Positions 15,700 to 28,826 are shown, counted from the stretch's first letter. The stretch is 32,000 nucleotides of DNA from Bdellovibrionales bacterium (GCA_965247685.1 OZ252021.1:690001-722000), one strand, 5' to 3'. Made by a program: numbers and translations. Notes: generated by a model from the sequence alone, not told the origin.

Positions 15700-16884
15700 A
15701 TGGCAAAAAAAGTTTTTCAGAGAAATAAAGAGCATGTGAATATCGGTACAATCGGGCACGTCGATCACGGGAAGACTACTCTCACAGCAGCTATTACATC
15801 TGTTTTGGCTAAAAAAGGCGGAGCAGAAGCTATGAAGTACGATGATATCGACAAAGCTCCTGAAGAAAAAGCAAGAGGAATCACGATTTCAACGGCTCAT
15901 GTGGAATATGAAACAGAAAAACGTCATTACGCTCATGTGGACTGTCCAGGGCATGCAGACTATGTCAAAAATATGATTACAGGTGCAGCACAAATGGATG
16001 GAGCGATCCTTGTAGTTTCTGCAACAGACGGTGCGATGCCACAAACTCGAGAGCATATTTTGCTTGCTCGACAAGTGGGTGTTCCTGCGATCGTTGTTTA
16101 TCTTAACAAATGTGATCAAGAAAGAGATTCAGAAATGCTGGATCTTGTGGAAATGGAACTTAAAGAATTACTTTCTAAATATGATTTTCCTGGAGAGAAA
16201 ATTCCCATCATCAGAGGTTCAGCTTTAAAAGCTTTAGAAGGGGACGCGAAATTTGAAGAATCTATTGTAGAACTGATGAAGGCTGTAGACAAGAGTATTC
16301 CTTCTCCTAAAAGAGACAAAGAAAAACCATACCTCATGCCTATCGAAGATGTCTTCTCTATTTCTGGTCGAGGTACAGTGGTCACAGGAAGAATCGAAAG
16401 AGGAGTGATCAAAATCGGTCAAGAAGTGGAAATTGTAGGTATTCGTGACACTTCAAAAACTGTTGTGACTGGAATTGAAATGTTTAGAAAACAACTGGAT
16501 CAAGGGGAAGCTGGGGATAATGCCGGTTGCCTTCTTCGAGGTGTAGATAAAACGGATGTGGAAAGAGGCCAAGTCTTGGCGGCTCCAGGCTCCATTAATC
16601 CTCACAAGAAATTTAAGTGTCAGTGTTATGTATTAACTAAAGATGAAGGTGGAAGACATAAAGCTTTCCAAAATGGATATCGTCCACAATTTTATTTCCG
16701 AACTACAGATGTCACAGGTAGCATCGCTCTTCCTAAAGGAACTGAGCTTGTTATGCCTGGAGATAATGTGAATATGGAAGTCGAATTGATTTCACCTATT
16801 GCTATGGAAAAAGGCTTAAGGTTTGCTGTCCGTGAAGGAGGTCGTACGGTAGCTTCTGGTGTTGTTTCAGAAATTTTAGAATAA
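15700..16884 (+). CDS. tuf: Elongation factor Tu
   Basis: [22 protein letters not shown], and full-length collinearity with EF-Tu. Confidence 0.98.
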   Translation: MAKKVFQRNKEHVNIGTIGHVDHGKTTLTAAITSVLAKKGGAEAMKYDDIDKAPEEKARGITISTAHVEYETEKRHYAHVDCPGHADYVKNMITGAAQMDGAILVVSATDGAMPQTREHILLARQVGVPAIVVYLNKCDQERDSEMLDLVEMELKELLSKYDFPGEKIPIIRGSALKALEGDAKFEESIVELMKAVDKSIPSPKRDKEKPYLMPIEDVFSISGRGTVVTGRIERGVIKIGQEVEIVGIRDTSKTVVTGIEMFRKQLDQGEAGDNAGCLLRGVDKTDVERGQVLAAPGSINPHKKFKCQCYVLTKDEGGRHKAFQNGYRPQFYFRTTDVTGSIALPKGTELVMPGDNVNMEVELISPIAMEKGLRFAVREGGRTVASGVVSEILE

Positions 16885-16965
16885 TTTATAAAAATTTTTT
16901 TAAGTTTTTGTGGAGAGGTTTTAAAATTTCATTATAGTTTTTTGGTAGATGGAGAAGAGTCACGT

Positions 16966-17042
16966 AGGGCAGTAGCTCCAATTGGTAGAGCAGTGGACTC
17001 CAAATCCATCGGTTGGGGGTTCGAATCCCTCCTGCCCTGCCA
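16966..17042 (+). tRNA. tRNA-Trp (anticodon CCA), CCA encoded
   Basis: Acceptor AGGGCAG/CTGCCCT, anticodon arm GTGGA-CTCCAAA-TCCAT, T loop GGTTCGAATCC. It occupies the classic position between tuf and secE. Confidence 0.9.
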
Positions 17043-17076
17043 AAACTATGAGTGTTGAGATTAAAGTTCAAGAGTA

Positions 17077-17108
17077 CAGAAAATCTGGATGTTTTTTCTG
17101 TTTTTTTT
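17077..17108 (+). terminator. Weak rho-independent terminator candidate after tRNA-Trp
   Basis: CAGAAAA...TTTTCTG 7-bp AT-rich stem followed by T8. Confidence 0.35.
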
Positions 17109-17253
17109 AAGATTTGTTTTTGCAAGGATGCTTTTTATAAAGGTGTAAGGGAAAGTATTTTTTTTTTAACAACAGTAATACCTGTTTTTTGAATCTCAAA
17201 TGGATTCAGTTACAAAAAGAGTGCTTTTTAAAGAAACCCTATAAAGGTATTTT

Positions 17254-17628
17254 ATGGATAAATATAATAAGATTATTCAGGTTATAAATGTTTTAACATC
17301 TATAACTGTGGGTTACTGCGTTCGTATTCTGTTTGAGTTTTTTGCTGTTATTTTTGGCGTCGTAGCTCAGGCTTATTCTATAGAATCTTTACGCCATGGT
17401 CTTTCCATAGGAGGGGGTGTGATTTGCTTTGCTATTTTACAATTTCATCCACGCATCCATGGTTGGCTTAAAGATGTTGTGGTGGAGATTGATAAGGTGG
17501 TTTGGCCTACAAGAAAAGATACATTGTCTATGACTGCTGTTGTGTGTGTGGTTTTAGTTTTGTCTGGTGTGGTTTTAGGTCTTTTTGATTTAGGTGCTGG
17601 AACTTTAGTTAGATATATATTGAATTAA
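17254..17628 (+). CDS. secE: Preprotein translocase subunit SecE (three-TM form)
   Basis: 124 aa with three hydrophobic helices and a C-terminal SecE core (VVWPTRKDTLSMTAVVCVVLVLSGVVLGLFD). Located upstream of nusG. Confidence 0.8.
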   Translation: MDKYNKIIQVINVLTSITVGYCVRILFEFFAVIFGVVAQAYSIESLRHGLSIGGGVICFAILQFHPRIHGWLKDVVVEIDKVVWPTRKDTLSMTAVVCVVLVLSGVVLGLFDLGAGTLVRYILN

Positions 17629-17679
17629 GTGAATGATTTTAATTTTTGTTGAGTTGGAAGAATTTTAAAGAGTGTTATT

Positions 17680-18228
17680 ATGAGCGAAGCATTGAACCAT
17701 AAGTGGTATATTGTGAAGACAAAAACAAATTGTGAGGTTCGAGCAAAAGACTCTATACAAAATTTAGTGAAGACTCATCAGTTAGATATTCATTTGGGGG
17801 ATATTTTAATCCCCGAAAAGGATGTTGTGGAGGTTGTAAAAGGTAAAAAAGTAACTCGAGTAAAGAAGCTTTATCCAGGTTATGTTTTTATTCAAATGCA
17901 TTTAACGGATAAGGTTTGGCACTTAATTAAAGGTGTTTCAAATGTTGTGAGTTTTGTAGGCGGAAAAAAAGGATTTCCTCCAGAAGTGCCTGTGGGTCAA
18001 ATAGAGGCGATACAAACTCAGGCACAAAAAGATTATAAAAGTCCAACAGAGCAAGCTTCTTTCTCTATTGGAGAAGTTGTGACAGTGATTGAAGGTCCGT
18101 TTAAAGGTTTCACTGGTATGGTGAAAGAGGTTAATGCGGAAAAAGCGCGTATTAAAATTGAAGTGAGTATATTTGGTGGTCCCACTCCAGTCGAGTTGGA
18201 TTTTGCGCAAGTACACTCTGAAAGTTAA
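17680..18228 (+). CDS. nusG: Transcription termination/antitermination factor NusG
   Basis: NGN domain (KWYIVKT...) and KOW motif (GEVVTVIEGPFKGFTGMVKEV). Confidence 0.95.
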   Translation: MSEALNHKWYIVKTKTNCEVRAKDSIQNLVKTHQLDIHLGDILIPEKDVVEVVKGKKVTRVKKLYPGYVFIQMHLTDKVWHLIKGVSNVVSFVGGKKGFPPEVPVGQIEAIQTQAQKDYKSPTEQASFSIGEVVTVIEGPFKGFTGMVKEVNAEKARIKIEVSIFGGPTPVELDFAQVHSES

Positions 18229-18243
18229 GGAAAGGTTTAAGTT

Positions 18244-18675
18244 ATGGCAGCAAAAAAGAAAACTATAGTATCACAAATTAAACTGCAAATTCCTGCAGGA
18301 AAGGCGAATCCAGCTCCACCTGTAGGCCCTGCTTTAGGTCAACATGGTGTAAACATTATGGATTTTTGCAAACAGTTTAATACGAAGACTGCAAAAATGG
18401 GAGATACTGTTGTTCCTGTTGTGATTGCTATTTATCAAGATCGTTCATTTTCTTTTGTTACAAAAACTCCTCCAGTATCTGTTTTGTTGAAGAAAGCATG
18501 TAATCTTCAAAGTGGATCTAAGATGCCTCAAAAAGATAAAGTAGGAGTATGTACAATGGATCAAGTGAAAAAGATTGCTGAAACAAAGTTGCCCGATTTG
18601 AATAGTTACAATTTAGAAGGTGCGATGGCTCAGGTGATTGGGACAGCTCGTAGCATGGGCTTAGAAGTGAAATAA
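18244..18675 (+). CDS. rplK: 50S ribosomal protein L11
   Basis: [35 protein letters not shown]. Confidence 0.97.
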   Translation: MAAKKKTIVSQIKLQIPAGKANPAPPVGPALGQHGVNIMDFCKQFNTKTAKMGDTVVPVVIAIYQDRSFSFVTKTPPVSVLLKKACNLQSGSKMPQKDKVGVCTMDQVKKIAETKLPDLNSYNLEGAMAQVIGTARSMGLEVK

Positions 18676-18683
18676 AAAAAGAG

Positions 18684-19388
18684 ATGGTTATGAGAAAAAA
18701 AAGTAAAAAATATAGAGCTTTTAAATTTGAACAGGGAAAAATGTATCCTTTTCAAGAAGCTTTACAGCTTATTGTAGATAATAAAATAGCGAAGTTTGAT
18801 GAGTCTATTGACGTGGCCGTTTCTTTGGGAGTGGATACTCAGCAGTCGAATCAACAGGTGCGGGGGGTATGCTTTTTACCTCATGGTTTGGCAAAACCTG
18901 TTCGAGTGATTGTTTTCGCAAAAGGAGAGCAAGAACAAAAAGCGAAAGAGGCAAAAGCCGACGCAGTAGGAAGCGAGGACTTAGCTCAAAAAATAAAAGA
19001 AGGCTGGTTGGAGTTTGATCGAGTGATTGCTACTCCCGATCAAATGCCAGTGGTGTCTCGTGTAGCACAAATTTTAGGACCTAGAGGATTGATGCCTAAT
19101 CCAAAATTAGGAACAGTGATTCAAGATGTTTTTAAAGCTGTGGAAGCAGAAAAAAAAGGTAAAGCTTTTTTTAGAGCAAGCCAATCTGGAAAAATTGGTT
19201 TAATTCATAGTTCTATTGGTCGTCGATCTTTAGGAGTAGAAAAATTAAAAGAAAACTATCAGTCTCTTATAGGTGAACTTGTAAGACTGAAACCTTCATC
19301 TAGTAAAGGGCACTATTTGCGGCAAATTACTTTGTCGTCTACTATGGGGCCGGCACTTTATGTGGATGTGAATGAAAAATTAAACTAG
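18684..19388 (+). CDS. rplA: 50S ribosomal protein L1
   Basis: L1 family sequence (FDESIDVAVSLGVD...; GPRGLMPNPKLGTV). The start could instead be the ATG at 18690. Confidence 0.95.
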   Translation: MVMRKKSKKYRAFKFEQGKMYPFQEALQLIVDNKIAKFDESIDVAVSLGVDTQQSNQQVRGVCFLPHGLAKPVRVIVFAKGEQEQKAKEAKADAVGSEDLAQKIKEGWLEFDRVIATPDQMPVVSRVAQILGPRGLMPNPKLGTVIQDVFKAVEAEKKGKAFFRASQSGKIGLIHSSIGRRSLGVEKLKENYQSLIGELVRLKPSSSKGHYLRQITLSSTMGPALYVDVNEKLN

Positions 19389-19401
19389 TAAGGATAAGTA
19401 A

Positions 19402-19920
19402 ATGTTAACAAGAGAAAGAAAAGAACAACAAATAACTCAACTTGCAGATGATTTTAAAAACTCTGAAGGAGCTTTTATTGTTCACTTTAAAGGTTTAAAT
19501 GCGGATCAAGTGACAGAATTAAGAAGCAGCTTAAGATTTCAGCAAGCTCAGATGAGAGTTATTCGAAACACATTAGCAAAAAGAGTGTTTAAAGATCTTC
19601 AATTAACTGAAAAGTTGAAAGATTCTTTTGCAGGGGCTAATGCTTTTATTTTTGCTTACAAAGATGTTTCAAGGACTGCAAAAGTTTTATCTGGATTTGC
19701 AGAAGACACAACTTTGGAACTTAAAATGGGTATCGTTTCTGAACAAATTTTACTCGAAAAAGATATTCAACACTTAGCAACTCTACCTTCTTTAGATGAG
19801 TTGAGAGCTAAGTTTTTATCTTTACTCAATACACCAGCACAAAATTTTGTGCGTATATGTAATGAAGTTCCATCCTCTGCGATCAGAGTGATGAATGCTA
19901 AAAGTTCTAACAAGGTATAA
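19402..19920 (+). CDS. rplJ: 50S ribosomal protein L10
   Basis: Position between rplA and rplL, and an L10-like sequence (LRSSLRFQQAQMRVIRNTLAKR). Confidence 0.93.
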   Translation: MLTRERKEQQITQLADDFKNSEGAFIVHFKGLNADQVTELRSSLRFQQAQMRVIRNTLAKRVFKDLQLTEKLKDSFAGANAFIFAYKDVSRTAKVLSGFAEDTTLELKMGIVSEQILLEKDIQHLATLPSLDELRAKFLSLLNTPAQNFVRICNEVPSSAIRVMNAKSSNKV

Positions 19921-19943
19921 CAAATAAATAACAGGAGGAAAAA

Positions 19944-20321
19944 ATGGCAATAAATAAAGAACAAGTGGTGGAATATCTATCTCAATTACCAGTGATCGAG
20001 ATGGCTCAGTTGGTTAAAGATTTAGAAGAAGAATGGGGTGTGAGTGCAAGTGCTCCTGTGGCTGTTGCAGCTGCAGCGGGTGCAGCAAGCGCTGAGGCAG
20101 GCACAGAACAAACAGAATTTAATGTGACTCTAGCAAGTGCTGGAAGCAATAAAATTGCTGTGATTAAAGAGATTCGAGTTGTTACAAACTTGGGTCTTAA
20201 GGAAGCAAAAGAGCTTGTGGATGGAGCACCTAAATTAATTAAAGAAGGTTTAACTAAGGAGGACGCTCAAAAACTTAAAGAGAGTCTAGAAAAAGCTGGT
20301 GCAAAAGTAGAAGTTAAGTAA
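19944..20321 (+). CDS. rplL: 50S ribosomal protein L7/L12
   Basis: Ala-rich hinge and C-terminal domain ([27 protein letters not shown]). AGGAGG Shine-Dalgarno. Confidence 0.97.
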   Translation: MAINKEQVVEYLSQLPVIEMAQLVKDLEEEWGVSASAPVAVAAAAGAASAEAGTEQTEFNVTLASAGSNKIAVIKEIRVVTNLGLKEAKELVDGAPKLIKEGLTKEDAQKLKESLEKAGAKVEVK

Positions 20322-20337
20322 TTAAAGGAGACTTATT

Positions 20338-23300
20338 GTGAGTATTATAGCGTCTAATTTAAAATTAAGAAAATCTTTTGGAAAGATCAGAGGGGATTTT
20401 CAAATCCCTAATCTTATTGAACTTCAAAAGAGATCGTATGAAAAGTTTTTACAAAAAGATGTGGATCCAGAGAATAGAAAGCTCCAAGGTTTACAAGATG
20501 TTTTTAAATCTGTATTTCCTGTTTCAGATTATAAAAAGACTATTAGCTTAGAGTTTGTAAAGTACTCTTTACAACATCCTAAGTATGATGTGGATGAATG
20601 TCGTCAAAGAAAAATCACTTATGCTTCTCCTTTGAAAACAACACTTCGTTTAGTCGTTTTTGATACTAAAGAAGATAGTGAAGAACGTACTGTTCGAGAT
20701 GTGAAAGAACAGGAAGTTTATTTAGGTGAAGTTCCTCTCATGACGGACAATGGTTCGTTTATTATTAACGGAACAGAAAGAGTTATTGTTTCTCAATTAC
20801 ATCGATCTCCTGGTGTCTTCTTTGATCATGATGGAGGGAAAAATAATCTCAGTGGTAAATTAATCTACTCTGCAAGGGTGATTCCTTATAGAGGTTCTTG
20901 GCTGGACTTTGAGTTTGACAATAAAGATCTTATTTATGCTCGTATTGATCGTAGAAAAAAATTCCCAGTCACCATCCTATTGAAGGCTTTAGGCTATAGT
21001 GTCGAAGAGCTTTTGAGCGAGTTTTACAATATTAATCAAGTGACTGTAAATAATAAAGGGAAGTTTTTTATGGATCTCAATATTGATCGAATGCTTGGTC
21101 AAAGGGTTCTTGTAGATATTAAGAATGCAAAAGGTGAAGTTCTTGTGAAGTCGGGTCGTCGTGTGACTCGAGCGCTTACTCGCCAAATTCAAAAATCTAA
21201 TATTAAGAAAGTGGAACTGACTCCTGAGAATTTAAATGGTGCTGTCTTGGCGCAGCCTTTGGTGCATCCTCAAACTGGAGAAATTTTATTAGACACGAAT
21301 TCAGAAGTAAATGAAGAAGTTTTAAATAAAGCCCTGCGAGCTGGTGTTCGAACGTTTCGTCTGATTTTCTTTGATGGTCTCACTGTTGGACCTTATCTTT
21401 GCAACACTTTATTGATAGATAAAGTTTTTACTCAAGAAGAAGCTATTCAAGAAATTTATAAAAGAATGAAACCAGGAGAGCCTCCTTCACTCGATATAGC
21501 AGAACCTTATTTTAAAAATTTATTTTTCAACTCTGAGATGTATGATCTTGGAGAAGTTGGAAGATTAAAAATGAATCATCGTTTTAATATATCTTTTAGT
21601 GATATTCCTATTTCGAATCGAACTTTGAATAAAGAAGACTTTATACGTGTTGTTCGAACAATGGTGGATCTAAAAAATGGGAAAGGACAGGTGGATGACA
21701 TTGATCATCTTGGTAATCGAAGAGTGCGTTCTGTGGGAGAATTATTAGAAAATCAATATCGAATTGGTCTTGTTCGTATGGAAAGAGTGGTTCGAGATCG
21801 TATGAATTTGCAAGATAAAGAAACAGTGATGCCTCATGATCTGATCAATGCAAAATCTGTGAATTCTGTTGTAAAAGAATTTTTTGGATCCAGCCAGCTT
21901 TCACAATTTATGGATCAAACGAATCCATTAGCAGAAGTGACTCATAAAAGAAGACTCTCTGCCCTAGGACCTGGAGGTTTAACAAGAGATCGAGCAGGAT
22001 TTGAAGTTCGAGATGTTCATCCGACTCACTATGGAAGAATTTGTCCTATTGAAACTCCAGAAGGTCCGAATATTGGTTTGATTGCTTCACTCGCAACATT
22101 TGCTCAAGTGGATGAGCATGGTTTTATTGAAACTCCTTATTACTCCATTAAAAATAATAAAGTGACTAAGAGCATTCAGTATGTATCTGCTTTGGAAGAA
22201 GAAAAACACTGTATTGCACAGGTGAGCCCTAATTTTGACGAACTCACTCCGGATCAAAATGTAATGGTTCGAGAACATGGAGAATATAAAACAGTAAGAA
22301 AAGAAGAAGTCTCTATGATGGATGTTTCTTCTGGACAGCTTGTTTCTGTGGGTGCGTCTTTGATTCCATTTTTAGAGCATGATGATGCCAACCGTGCATT
22401 GATGGGTTCTAATATGCAACGGCAAGCTGTTCCTTTGATGACAGCTAAGGCTCCTTTAGTAGGAACAGGTGTGGAGTATTTAGTAGCAAGAGATTCAGGG
22501 ACATCTGTAGTAAGCAGAACAAATGGAGTTGTAGAAGTTATAGATGCTTCACAAATCGTCATTCGAAGAATGAATAAAGAAGGAAAACTAGGAACGTCTT
22601 TAGATATTTATAATTTGGTGAAATATCAAAGAACCAATCAAAACACATGTTTTAATCAAAGACCTATCGTGCGTAAAGGTGATCGAATTAATAAAGGAGA
22701 TATCATTGCAGACGGTCCTTCGACGCATCAAGGAGAGCTTGCTTTAGGTCAAAATATCGTTGTGGCATTTACTCCATTTGAAGGATATAACTTCGAGGAT
22801 TCTATTCTGATTTCTGAAAGACTGATTCGTGATGATGTTTATACTTCTATTCATATTGAAGAGTTTGAGTGCGTCGCACGAGATACTAAATTAGGAAAAG
22901 AAGAAATTACTCCTGATATTGCGAATGTGGGAGAAGAAGCTCTGAAAGATTTAGACTCTTCAGGTATTATTCAAGTGGGATCCAAAGTGAAACCTGGGGA
23001 TATTCTGGTTGGAAAAATTACACCTAAAGGTGAGAGTCAAGTTTCTCCTGAGAAGAAACTCCTTTTAGCTATTTTCGGAGAAAAAGCTGGAGAATTTAGA
23101 GATACTTCTCTTCGTGCACCTTCTGGAGTGACAGGAACAGTGATTGATACACAAGTATACAGCCGTGAGGGAATTGATAAAGATGAAAGACTTCAAAATA
23201 TCATCGAAGAAAAAAAGAAAAAACTGAAGAAAGATTTTGAACTGGAACAAAATGTTATTCGGAATAATGCTTTGGATAAAATTCAAGAACTCGTTATGGG

Positions 23301-24486
23301 ACAAAAAACAAAAGATGTCTTTTTAAATGATGATGCTTCTGAAGAACTTTTGAAAAAAGGACAAGTGATTACAATCGAAGATTTAGATAAAATTCCTTTT
23401 GAATTACTTGGTAATATTCCTTTGGCAGATGATTCCGTAAGTGATCAGTTATATCGTTTAACAGAAGCTGCAACTCATCAACTAGATGCTATTGAATTAA
23501 TCTACAAAGATAAACAAGAAAGTCTTCTTAAAGGCGATGATATGCCTCCAGGTGTGATTAAAGTGATTAAAGCCTATGTCGCTGTGAAAAGGACTTTACA
23601 AGTGGGGGATAAGTTTGCAGGCCGGCATGGGAATAAAGGTGTAGTTTCAAAAATTCTTCCTGCTGAAGATATGCCGTATTTGGCAGACGGAACTCCAGTG
23701 GATATGGTTTTGAATCCATTAGGTGTACCTTCTCGTATGAACATTGGACAAATTTTAGAAACTCATCTAGGTTGGGCGGCTTATGGATTAGGCACACAAC
23801 TTAGGAAATATCTTGATCAGTTTGATTTTGAAAATGCCAAAAAAGATGTGAAAAATATTTTTGATGATGATAAAGATCTTTTGAAAAAAATTAATCAATT
23901 AGATGAAAAAGAAGTAAAAGAAGTAGTTACTTTTTTAAGTGATGGTGTTCGTGTAGCTTCTCCTGTTTTTGATGGGGCTAAAGAAGATGAAGTGAGATCA
24001 CTTTTAGAGAAAGCAAACCTTCCTCTCACAGGTCAAACTGTTTTATTTCATGGAGGAACTGGTGAACCTTTCCGTATGCCAGTCACAGTTGGCGTGATGT
24101 ATATGTTGAAGCTTCATCATCTTGTGGAAGAAAAAATTCATGCTCGATCTACAGGTCCTTATTCTTTAGTGTCTCAACAACCTTTAGGTGGTAAGGCTCA
24201 GTTTGGTGGACAAAGATTAGGGGAAATGGAAGTTTGGGCTATCGAAGCTTATGGTGCAGCTTACTGCTTGCAGGAATTTCTCACTGTAAAATCAGATGAT
24301 GTTGCAGGACGTACGCGCATGTATGAAAGTATTATCAAGGGTGAAAATATTCTTGAGCCTGGAATTCCTGAAGCATTTAATGTTTTAGTTAAAGAATTGC
24401 AAAGCTTGGCTTTAGATGTTGATCTTGTAGAATCTGACTTGCTGACAGAGCAGCCTAAAATAACAAAAAATATTGTTAAACAATAA
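20338..24486 (+). CDS. rpoB: DNA-directed RNA polymerase beta subunit
   Basis: 1382 aa, GTG start. Rif-region [17 protein letters not shown], catalytic GRHGNKGV, and an E. coli-type SI2-like insertion. Confidence 0.99.
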   Translation: MSIIASNLKLRKSFGKIRGDFQIPNLIELQKRSYEKFLQKDVDPENRKLQGLQDVFKSVFPVSDYKKTISLEFVKYSLQHPKYDVDECRQRKITYASPLKTTLRLVVFDTKEDSEERTVRDVKEQEVYLGEVPLMTDNGSFIINGTERVIVSQLHRSPGVFFDHDGGKNNLSGKLIYSARVIPYRGSWLDFEFDNKDLIYARIDRRKKFPVTILLKALGYSVEELLSEFYNINQVTVNNKGKFFMDLNIDRMLGQRVLVDIKNAKGEVLVKSGRRVTRALTRQIQKSNIKKVELTPENLNGAVLAQPLVHPQTGEILLDTNSEVNEEVLNKALRAGVRTFRLIFFDGLTVGPYLCNTLLIDKVFTQEEAIQEIYKRMKPGEPPSLDIAEPYFKNLFFNSEMYDLGEVGRLKMNHRFNISFSDIPISNRTLNKEDFIRVVRTMVDLKNGKGQVDDIDHLGNRRVRSVGELLENQYRIGLVRMERVVRDRMNLQDKETVMPHDLINAKSVNSVVKEFFGSSQLSQFMDQTNPLAEVTHKRRLSALGPGGLTRDRAGFEVRDVHPTHYGRICPIETPEGPNIGLIASLATFAQVDEHGFIETPYYSIKNNKVTKSIQYVSALEEEKHCIAQVSPNFDELTPDQNVMVREHGEYKTVRKEEVSMMDVSSGQLVSVGASLIPFLEHDDANRALMGSNMQRQAVPLMTAKAPLVGTGVEYLVARDSGTSVVSRTNGVVEVIDASQIVIRRMNKEGKLGTSLDIYNLVKYQRTNQNTCFNQRPIVRKGDRINKGDIIADGPSTHQGELALGQNIVVAFTPFEGYNFEDSILISERLIRDDVYTSIHIEEFECVARDTKLGKEEITPDIANVGEEALKDLDSSGIIQVGSKVKPGDILVGKITPKGESQVSPEKKLLLAIFGEKAGEFRDTSLRAPSGVTGTVIDTQVYSREGIDKDERLQNIIEEKKKKLKKDFELEQNVIRNNALDKIQELVMGQKTKDVFLNDDASEELLKKGQVITIEDLDKIPFELLGNIPLADDSVSDQLYRLTEAATHQLDAIELIYKDKQESLLKGDDMPPGVIKVIKAYVAVKRTLQVGDKFAGRHGNKGVVSKILPAEDMPYLADGTPVDMVLNPLGVPSRMNIGQILETHLGWAAYGLGTQLRKYLDQFDFENAKKDVKNIFDDDKDLLKKINQLDEKEVKEVVTFLSDGVRVASPVFDGAKEDEVRSLLEKANLPLTGQTVLFHGGTGEPFRMPVTVGVMYMLKLHHLVEEKIHARSTGPYSLVSQQPLGGKAQFGGQRLGEMEVWAIEAYGAAYCLQEFLTVKSDDVAGRTRMYESIIKGENILEPGIPEAFNVLVKELQSLALDVDLVESDLLTEQPKITKNIVKQ

Positions 24487-24498
24487 AAGGTAGGGAAT

Positions 24499-27400
24499 AT
24501 GAGAGATTTGTTAAATTTTTTCGATAAGCCAAAAGATCCGTTAACATACAACCAAGTTCGTATTTCTTTAGCTTCTCCGGAGACTATTCGTAAGTGGAGT
24601 TATGGGGAGGTTCGTAAACCTGAAACCATTAACTATCGTACATTCAAGCCTGAAAAAGATGGTCTATTTTGTGCAAAAATTTTTGGTCCTATTAAAGATT
24701 ATGAGTGTCTATGCGGCAAATACAAAGGGATGAAATATCGAAGCGTTGTTTGTGAAAAATGCGGTGTGGAAGTTGTTAAGTCTAAGGTGCGAAGAAAAAA
24801 AATGGGGCATATTGAGCTGACAACTCCTGTGGCTCATATTTGGCTTTTAAAATCTTTACCTAGTCGAATTGCTATTTTAATGGATATGACTTTAAAGGAT
24901 GTGGAAAAAGTTCTTTATTGTGAATATTATATTGTTTTAGATCCTCAGGAGACTCCTTTAAAAAAAGGAGAACTTTTAACAGAAGAGGCATACTTACAAG
25001 CTCAAGAAACACATGGTCCTCATTTTAAAGTAGGAACAGGCGGGGAAGCTGTTCGAGATATACTTAAAAGTTTAGACCTTGATTATTTATCTCGTAAGTT
25101 GAGAAAAGAATTAAAAGAAAATGTTTCTGATAGTCAGCAGAAGAAAATTATTAAACAATTAAAAATTGTAGAAACATTTTTAAACTCTAAGAATAAGCCA
25201 GAATGGATGATGCTGGAAGCGTTGCCTGTGATTCCCCCAGATTTAAGACCTCTTGTTCCTTTAGAAGGAGGTCGTTTTGCAACTTCGGATCTTAATGATC
25301 TTTACCGTCGTGTGATTAACCGAAATAACCGCTTGAAAAAATTACAAGAGCTGAATGCTCCTGATGTGATTATTAGAAATGAAAAAAGAATGCTTCAAGA
25401 AGCAGTGGATGCTTTGCTGGATAATGGAAGAGGAGGAAAAGTTTTCACAAGTCCGAATAAAAGACCTCTTCGATCACTTAGTGATATGCTGAAGGGGAAG
25501 CAAGGCCGTTTCCGACAAAACCTTCTTGGTAAAAGGGTGGATTATTCTGGACGTTCTGTTATTGTTGTGGGTCCAAAATTAAGACTTCATCAATGCGGGC
25601 TTCCTAAGAAAATGGCTTTGGAATTATTTAAGCCTTTTATTTATCATAAACTTGAGCAAAAAGGTTTAGCGGTCACTATTAAGCAAGCAAAAAAACTTGT
25701 GGATCAAGAAAGTGTGGAGGTGTGGGATATTTTGTCTCAAGTGGTTGCAGAGCATCCTGTACTGCTGAACCGCGCTCCAACATTGCACCGACTGGGCATT
25801 CAGGCTTTTGAACCTGTTTTACATGAAGGAAAAGCAATACAACTTCACCCATTAGTTTGTGCGGCTTTCAACGCAGACTTTGACGGAGATCAAATGGCTG
25901 TTCATGTTCCTCTTTCTATGGAAGCACAGGTAGAGGCTCGTGTTCTTATTATGTCTACGAACAATATTCTAAGCCCTGCTAATGGTCGGCCTATTATTAA
26001 TCCGTCTAAAGATATTGTCTTAGGAATTTACTGGATGACTCGTGTTCGACCAGGAGCTAAGGGATCTGGACAAATTTTCTCTCAAGTGCAAGATGTGATC
26101 TATGCGTATGAAATGGGATATGTCGATTTACAAGCCACTATTAAATGTCGTGTACAAGGTAAAAGAGTTGAAACATCTGTGGGGCGAGTTTTATTAAGTG
26201 ATATTGTTCCTAAAGCAGTGCCTTTTGAACAATACAATAAAGTTATGGATCAAAAAGCATTAGGCGAGTTGATCGATAAGACTTTCCGTTCTGCGGGAGG
26301 AAAACCTACGGCTATTCTAGCGGATCGTCTTATGAATTATGGATTTAAGTTTTCAACTATTGGGGGGATTTCTATTTGTTTAGATGACTTAAGAATTCCT
26401 CAATCTAAAGGTAAGTTCTTAGGCAAGGCACAAACACAAGTTGATGAAATTCGTTCGCAATATGATGAAGGTCTTATTACAGAAAGTGAAAGATATAATA
26501 AGGTTGTAGATATTTGGGCTCAATGCGGAGATCAAATTGCAAAAGAGATGATGAAAAACTTAGAGAAAGAAAATTTTATCGTGGATGGCAAAAATGTGGA
26601 AGGAGACAGTTTTAATCCTATTTACATTATGGCTGATTCAGGAGCGAGAGGTTCTGCTGCACAGATTCGACAGCTTGCAGGTATGAGAGGATTGATGGCT
26701 AAACCTTCAGGAGAAATTATTGATACTCCTATCACTGCAAACTTTAGAGAAGGTTTAACTGTCCTTCAATACTTCATCTCTACTCACGGCGCTCGTAAAG
26801 GTTTAGCAGACACCGCTCTTAAAACAGCGAACTCTGGTTACCTCACTCGTCGATTAGTGGACGTGGTTCATGATATGGTTGTGTCTCAAAAAGATTGTGG
26901 AAGTGAGAGACACTTAACGGTCAGCTCAATTAGAGAAGGAGCGAATATCATTCAATCTGTTGGTGAGCGTATATTAGGTCGAACATCTTTTGAAGATATT
27001 TTAGATCCAACAACTTCCGAAGTGCTTTGTCAAAAAGATCAGGAAATTAATGAACAAATTGTAAAGAAAGTAGAACAAGCAGGCGTTGATTCCATTAAGA
27101 TTCGTTCGACTTTAACTTGTGATTCGCGTTGGGGTGTGTGTGTAAAATGTTATGGTCGAGACTTATCTCGCGGACAAACAGTCAATGTCGCAGAACCTGT
27201 GGGAGTGATTGCTGCTCAATCTATTGGAGAACCTGGAACTCAGTTGACCATGAGAACGTTCCACTTAGGAGGAACAGCATCTCGATCTGTTGAGCAATCT
27301 GTGCATACAGCTACAAAAGGTGGAAAGTTTAAGCTACAAAATACAAAAACTATTGTGAATAGAAATGGAAGACTTGTCGTGATGAACCGTCACGGAAAGA

Positions 27401-28767
27401 TCATTTTAGAAGATGATAAAGGTCGAGAAAAAGAGAAATTTAAACTTGGATACGGTGCTGTCTTGAATTTTAAAAAAGGTGATGAAGTTCAACCTGGTGA
27501 TACTGTGGCAGAGTGGGATCCTTATTCTAATACTATATTGGCAGACTCCTCAGGTGCTGTCCGCTTTAGAGACATTGAATCAGGTGTGACTGTGAGTGAA
27601 CAAGTAGATACTGTTACAGGATTTTCTACTAAAGTTATTATGGCGTCTAAAAATGTGGATCATAAACCTACGGTTTACATTGTAGATGAGGAAGGAAAAG
27701 AAAAAATCTTCCCAGATCGAAATCTTTCTGTTCAATACATTATACCTGTAGGGGCTCAACTGCTGGTTTCTGATGGTGATAAGATTAGTGCAGGGGATGT
27801 GATTGCTAAGATGCATAGGAAATCTGCTCAGACTCGTGACATCACGGGAGGGCTTCCTCGAGTGGCAGAGCTTTTTGAAGCTCGAGTTCCAAAAGAGGCT
27901 GCGATTATTTCTGAAATTGAAGGTTATGTCAGTTTTGGTCGTGACTTAAAAGGTAAACAGCGAGTGATCATCACTTCCAAAGAAGGTGTGCAAAAAGAAT
28001 ACTTGATTCCAAAAGGAAAACACATTGCAGTTCGTGAAGGTGAGTTTATTGAAGTGGGAGAAACTATTATGGATGGTCCAAGTGATCCTCATGATATCTT
28101 AAAAGTTTCAGGTGAGCTAGCTCTAGCTTCTTATCTTGTGAATGAGGTTCAGGAAGTTTATCGACTGCAGGGAGTAAGTTTAAATGATAAGCATATTGAA
28201 TTGATTGTTCGTCAAATGTTGAAACAAGTTGAAATCATAGAACAAGGAGACACTCGATTCTTAATGAGTGAGCATGTCGATAAACTTGATGTACTAGATG
28301 AAAATAAAAAAGTTGTGGAAAAGGGCGGTACTCCAGCCCAATACAAATCGCTTCTCTTAGGTATTACAAAAGTATCTTTAAATACAGAGAGTTGGATTTC
28401 AGCAGCTTCTTTCCAAGAGACAACTCGAGTGCTTACAACGGCTGCGACTCAATCCCGTGTGGATCACCTTAAGGGTTTGAAGGAAAATATTGTTATGGGA
28501 AGATTGATCCCTGCGGGTACAGGTGTTCCTTGTTATCGTGACTTAAAACCAAGCTTCCCTGAGAAAGAGGAGGAATCTGTCTTACTTCCTTCTTGGCAGA
28601 AAGAGGGTGAGAAGAAGACGGATGCTTCGATGAAACAGCAGTCGAAGAATGTGACAGCAGCCCAGCCAAATGTGACAACCCAGCCGAATGTGACCCAGCC
28701 GAATATGACAGCAGCCCAGCAGCCCGCTAAAGAGAAAGAGAGTAAGTTTTGGAACCCTCTAAAATGA
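24499..28767 (+). CDS. rpoC: DNA-directed RNA polymerase beta' subunit
   Basis: 1422 aa. Zn finger CLCGKYK...CEKCGVEV, catalytic [12 protein letters not shown], an SI3-type insertion in the trigger loop, and a repetitive C-terminal tail. Confidence 0.99.
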   Translation: MRDLLNFFDKPKDPLTYNQVRISLASPETIRKWSYGEVRKPETINYRTFKPEKDGLFCAKIFGPIKDYECLCGKYKGMKYRSVVCEKCGVEVVKSKVRRKKMGHIELTTPVAHIWLLKSLPSRIAILMDMTLKDVEKVLYCEYYIVLDPQETPLKKGELLTEEAYLQAQETHGPHFKVGTGGEAVRDILKSLDLDYLSRKLRKELKENVSDSQQKKIIKQLKIVETFLNSKNKPEWMMLEALPVIPPDLRPLVPLEGGRFATSDLNDLYRRVINRNNRLKKLQELNAPDVIIRNEKRMLQEAVDALLDNGRGGKVFTSPNKRPLRSLSDMLKGKQGRFRQNLLGKRVDYSGRSVIVVGPKLRLHQCGLPKKMALELFKPFIYHKLEQKGLAVTIKQAKKLVDQESVEVWDILSQVVAEHPVLLNRAPTLHRLGIQAFEPVLHEGKAIQLHPLVCAAFNADFDGDQMAVHVPLSMEAQVEARVLIMSTNNILSPANGRPIINPSKDIVLGIYWMTRVRPGAKGSGQIFSQVQDVIYAYEMGYVDLQATIKCRVQGKRVETSVGRVLLSDIVPKAVPFEQYNKVMDQKALGELIDKTFRSAGGKPTAILADRLMNYGFKFSTIGGISICLDDLRIPQSKGKFLGKAQTQVDEIRSQYDEGLITESERYNKVVDIWAQCGDQIAKEMMKNLEKENFIVDGKNVEGDSFNPIYIMADSGARGSAAQIRQLAGMRGLMAKPSGEIIDTPITANFREGLTVLQYFISTHGARKGLADTALKTANSGYLTRRLVDVVHDMVVSQKDCGSERHLTVSSIREGANIIQSVGERILGRTSFEDILDPTTSEVLCQKDQEINEQIVKKVEQAGVDSIKIRSTLTCDSRWGVCVKCYGRDLSRGQTVNVAEPVGVIAAQSIGEPGTQLTMRTFHLGGTASRSVEQSVHTATKGGKFKLQNTKTIVNRNGRLVVMNRHGKIILEDDKGREKEKFKLGYGAVLNFKKGDEVQPGDTVAEWDPYSNTILADSSGAVRFRDIESGVTVSEQVDTVTGFSTKVIMASKNVDHKPTVYIVDEEGKEKIFPDRNLSVQYIIPVGAQLLVSDGDKISAGDVIAKMHRKSAQTRDITGGLPRVAELFEARVPKEAAIISEIEGYVSFGRDLKGKQRVIITSKEGVQKEYLIPKGKHIAVREGEFIEVGETIMDGPSDPHDILKVSGELALASYLVNEVQEVYRLQGVSLNDKHIELIVRQMLKQVEIIEQGDTRFLMSEHVDKLDVLDENKKVVEKGGTPAQYKSLLLGITKVSLNTESWISAASFQETTRVLTTAATQSRVDHLKGLKENIVMGRLIPAGTGVPCYRDLKPSFPEKEEESVLLPSWQKEGEKKTDASMKQQSKNVTAAQPNVTTQPNVTQPNMTAAQQPAKEKESKFWNPLK
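28648..28725 (+). repeat. Degenerate 15-21-nt tandem repeats encoding the NVT(AA/T)QP tail of RpoC
   Basis: The DNA reads aatgtgacagcagcccagcc / aaatgtgacaacccagcc / gaatgtgacccagcc / gaatatgacagcagcccagc. The protein reads [26 protein letters not shown]. Confidence 0.8.
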
Positions 28768-28826
28768 AAATGATGGAAGCGTTTATTATTGACTATTTAG
28801 CCCTTAAAGGATATATCGCTTAGCCT

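Noticed and set aside
15889-16422. Several 62-98-aa ORFs inside or antisense to tuf
   Set aside because: They are fully embedded in the highly conserved EF-Tu coding frame and have no independent support.
16886-17125. 79-aa minus-strand ORF
   Set aside because: It overlaps tRNA-Trp on the opposite strand, a typical tRNA-antisense artefact.
20989-28678. Eight antisense ORFs of 61-102 aa inside rpoB/rpoC (20989, 22087, 22254, 23065, 23567, 24261, 27580, 28493)
   Set aside because: All are embedded in the RNA polymerase genes on the opposite strand. Chance ORFs like these are expected in long AT-rich genes.
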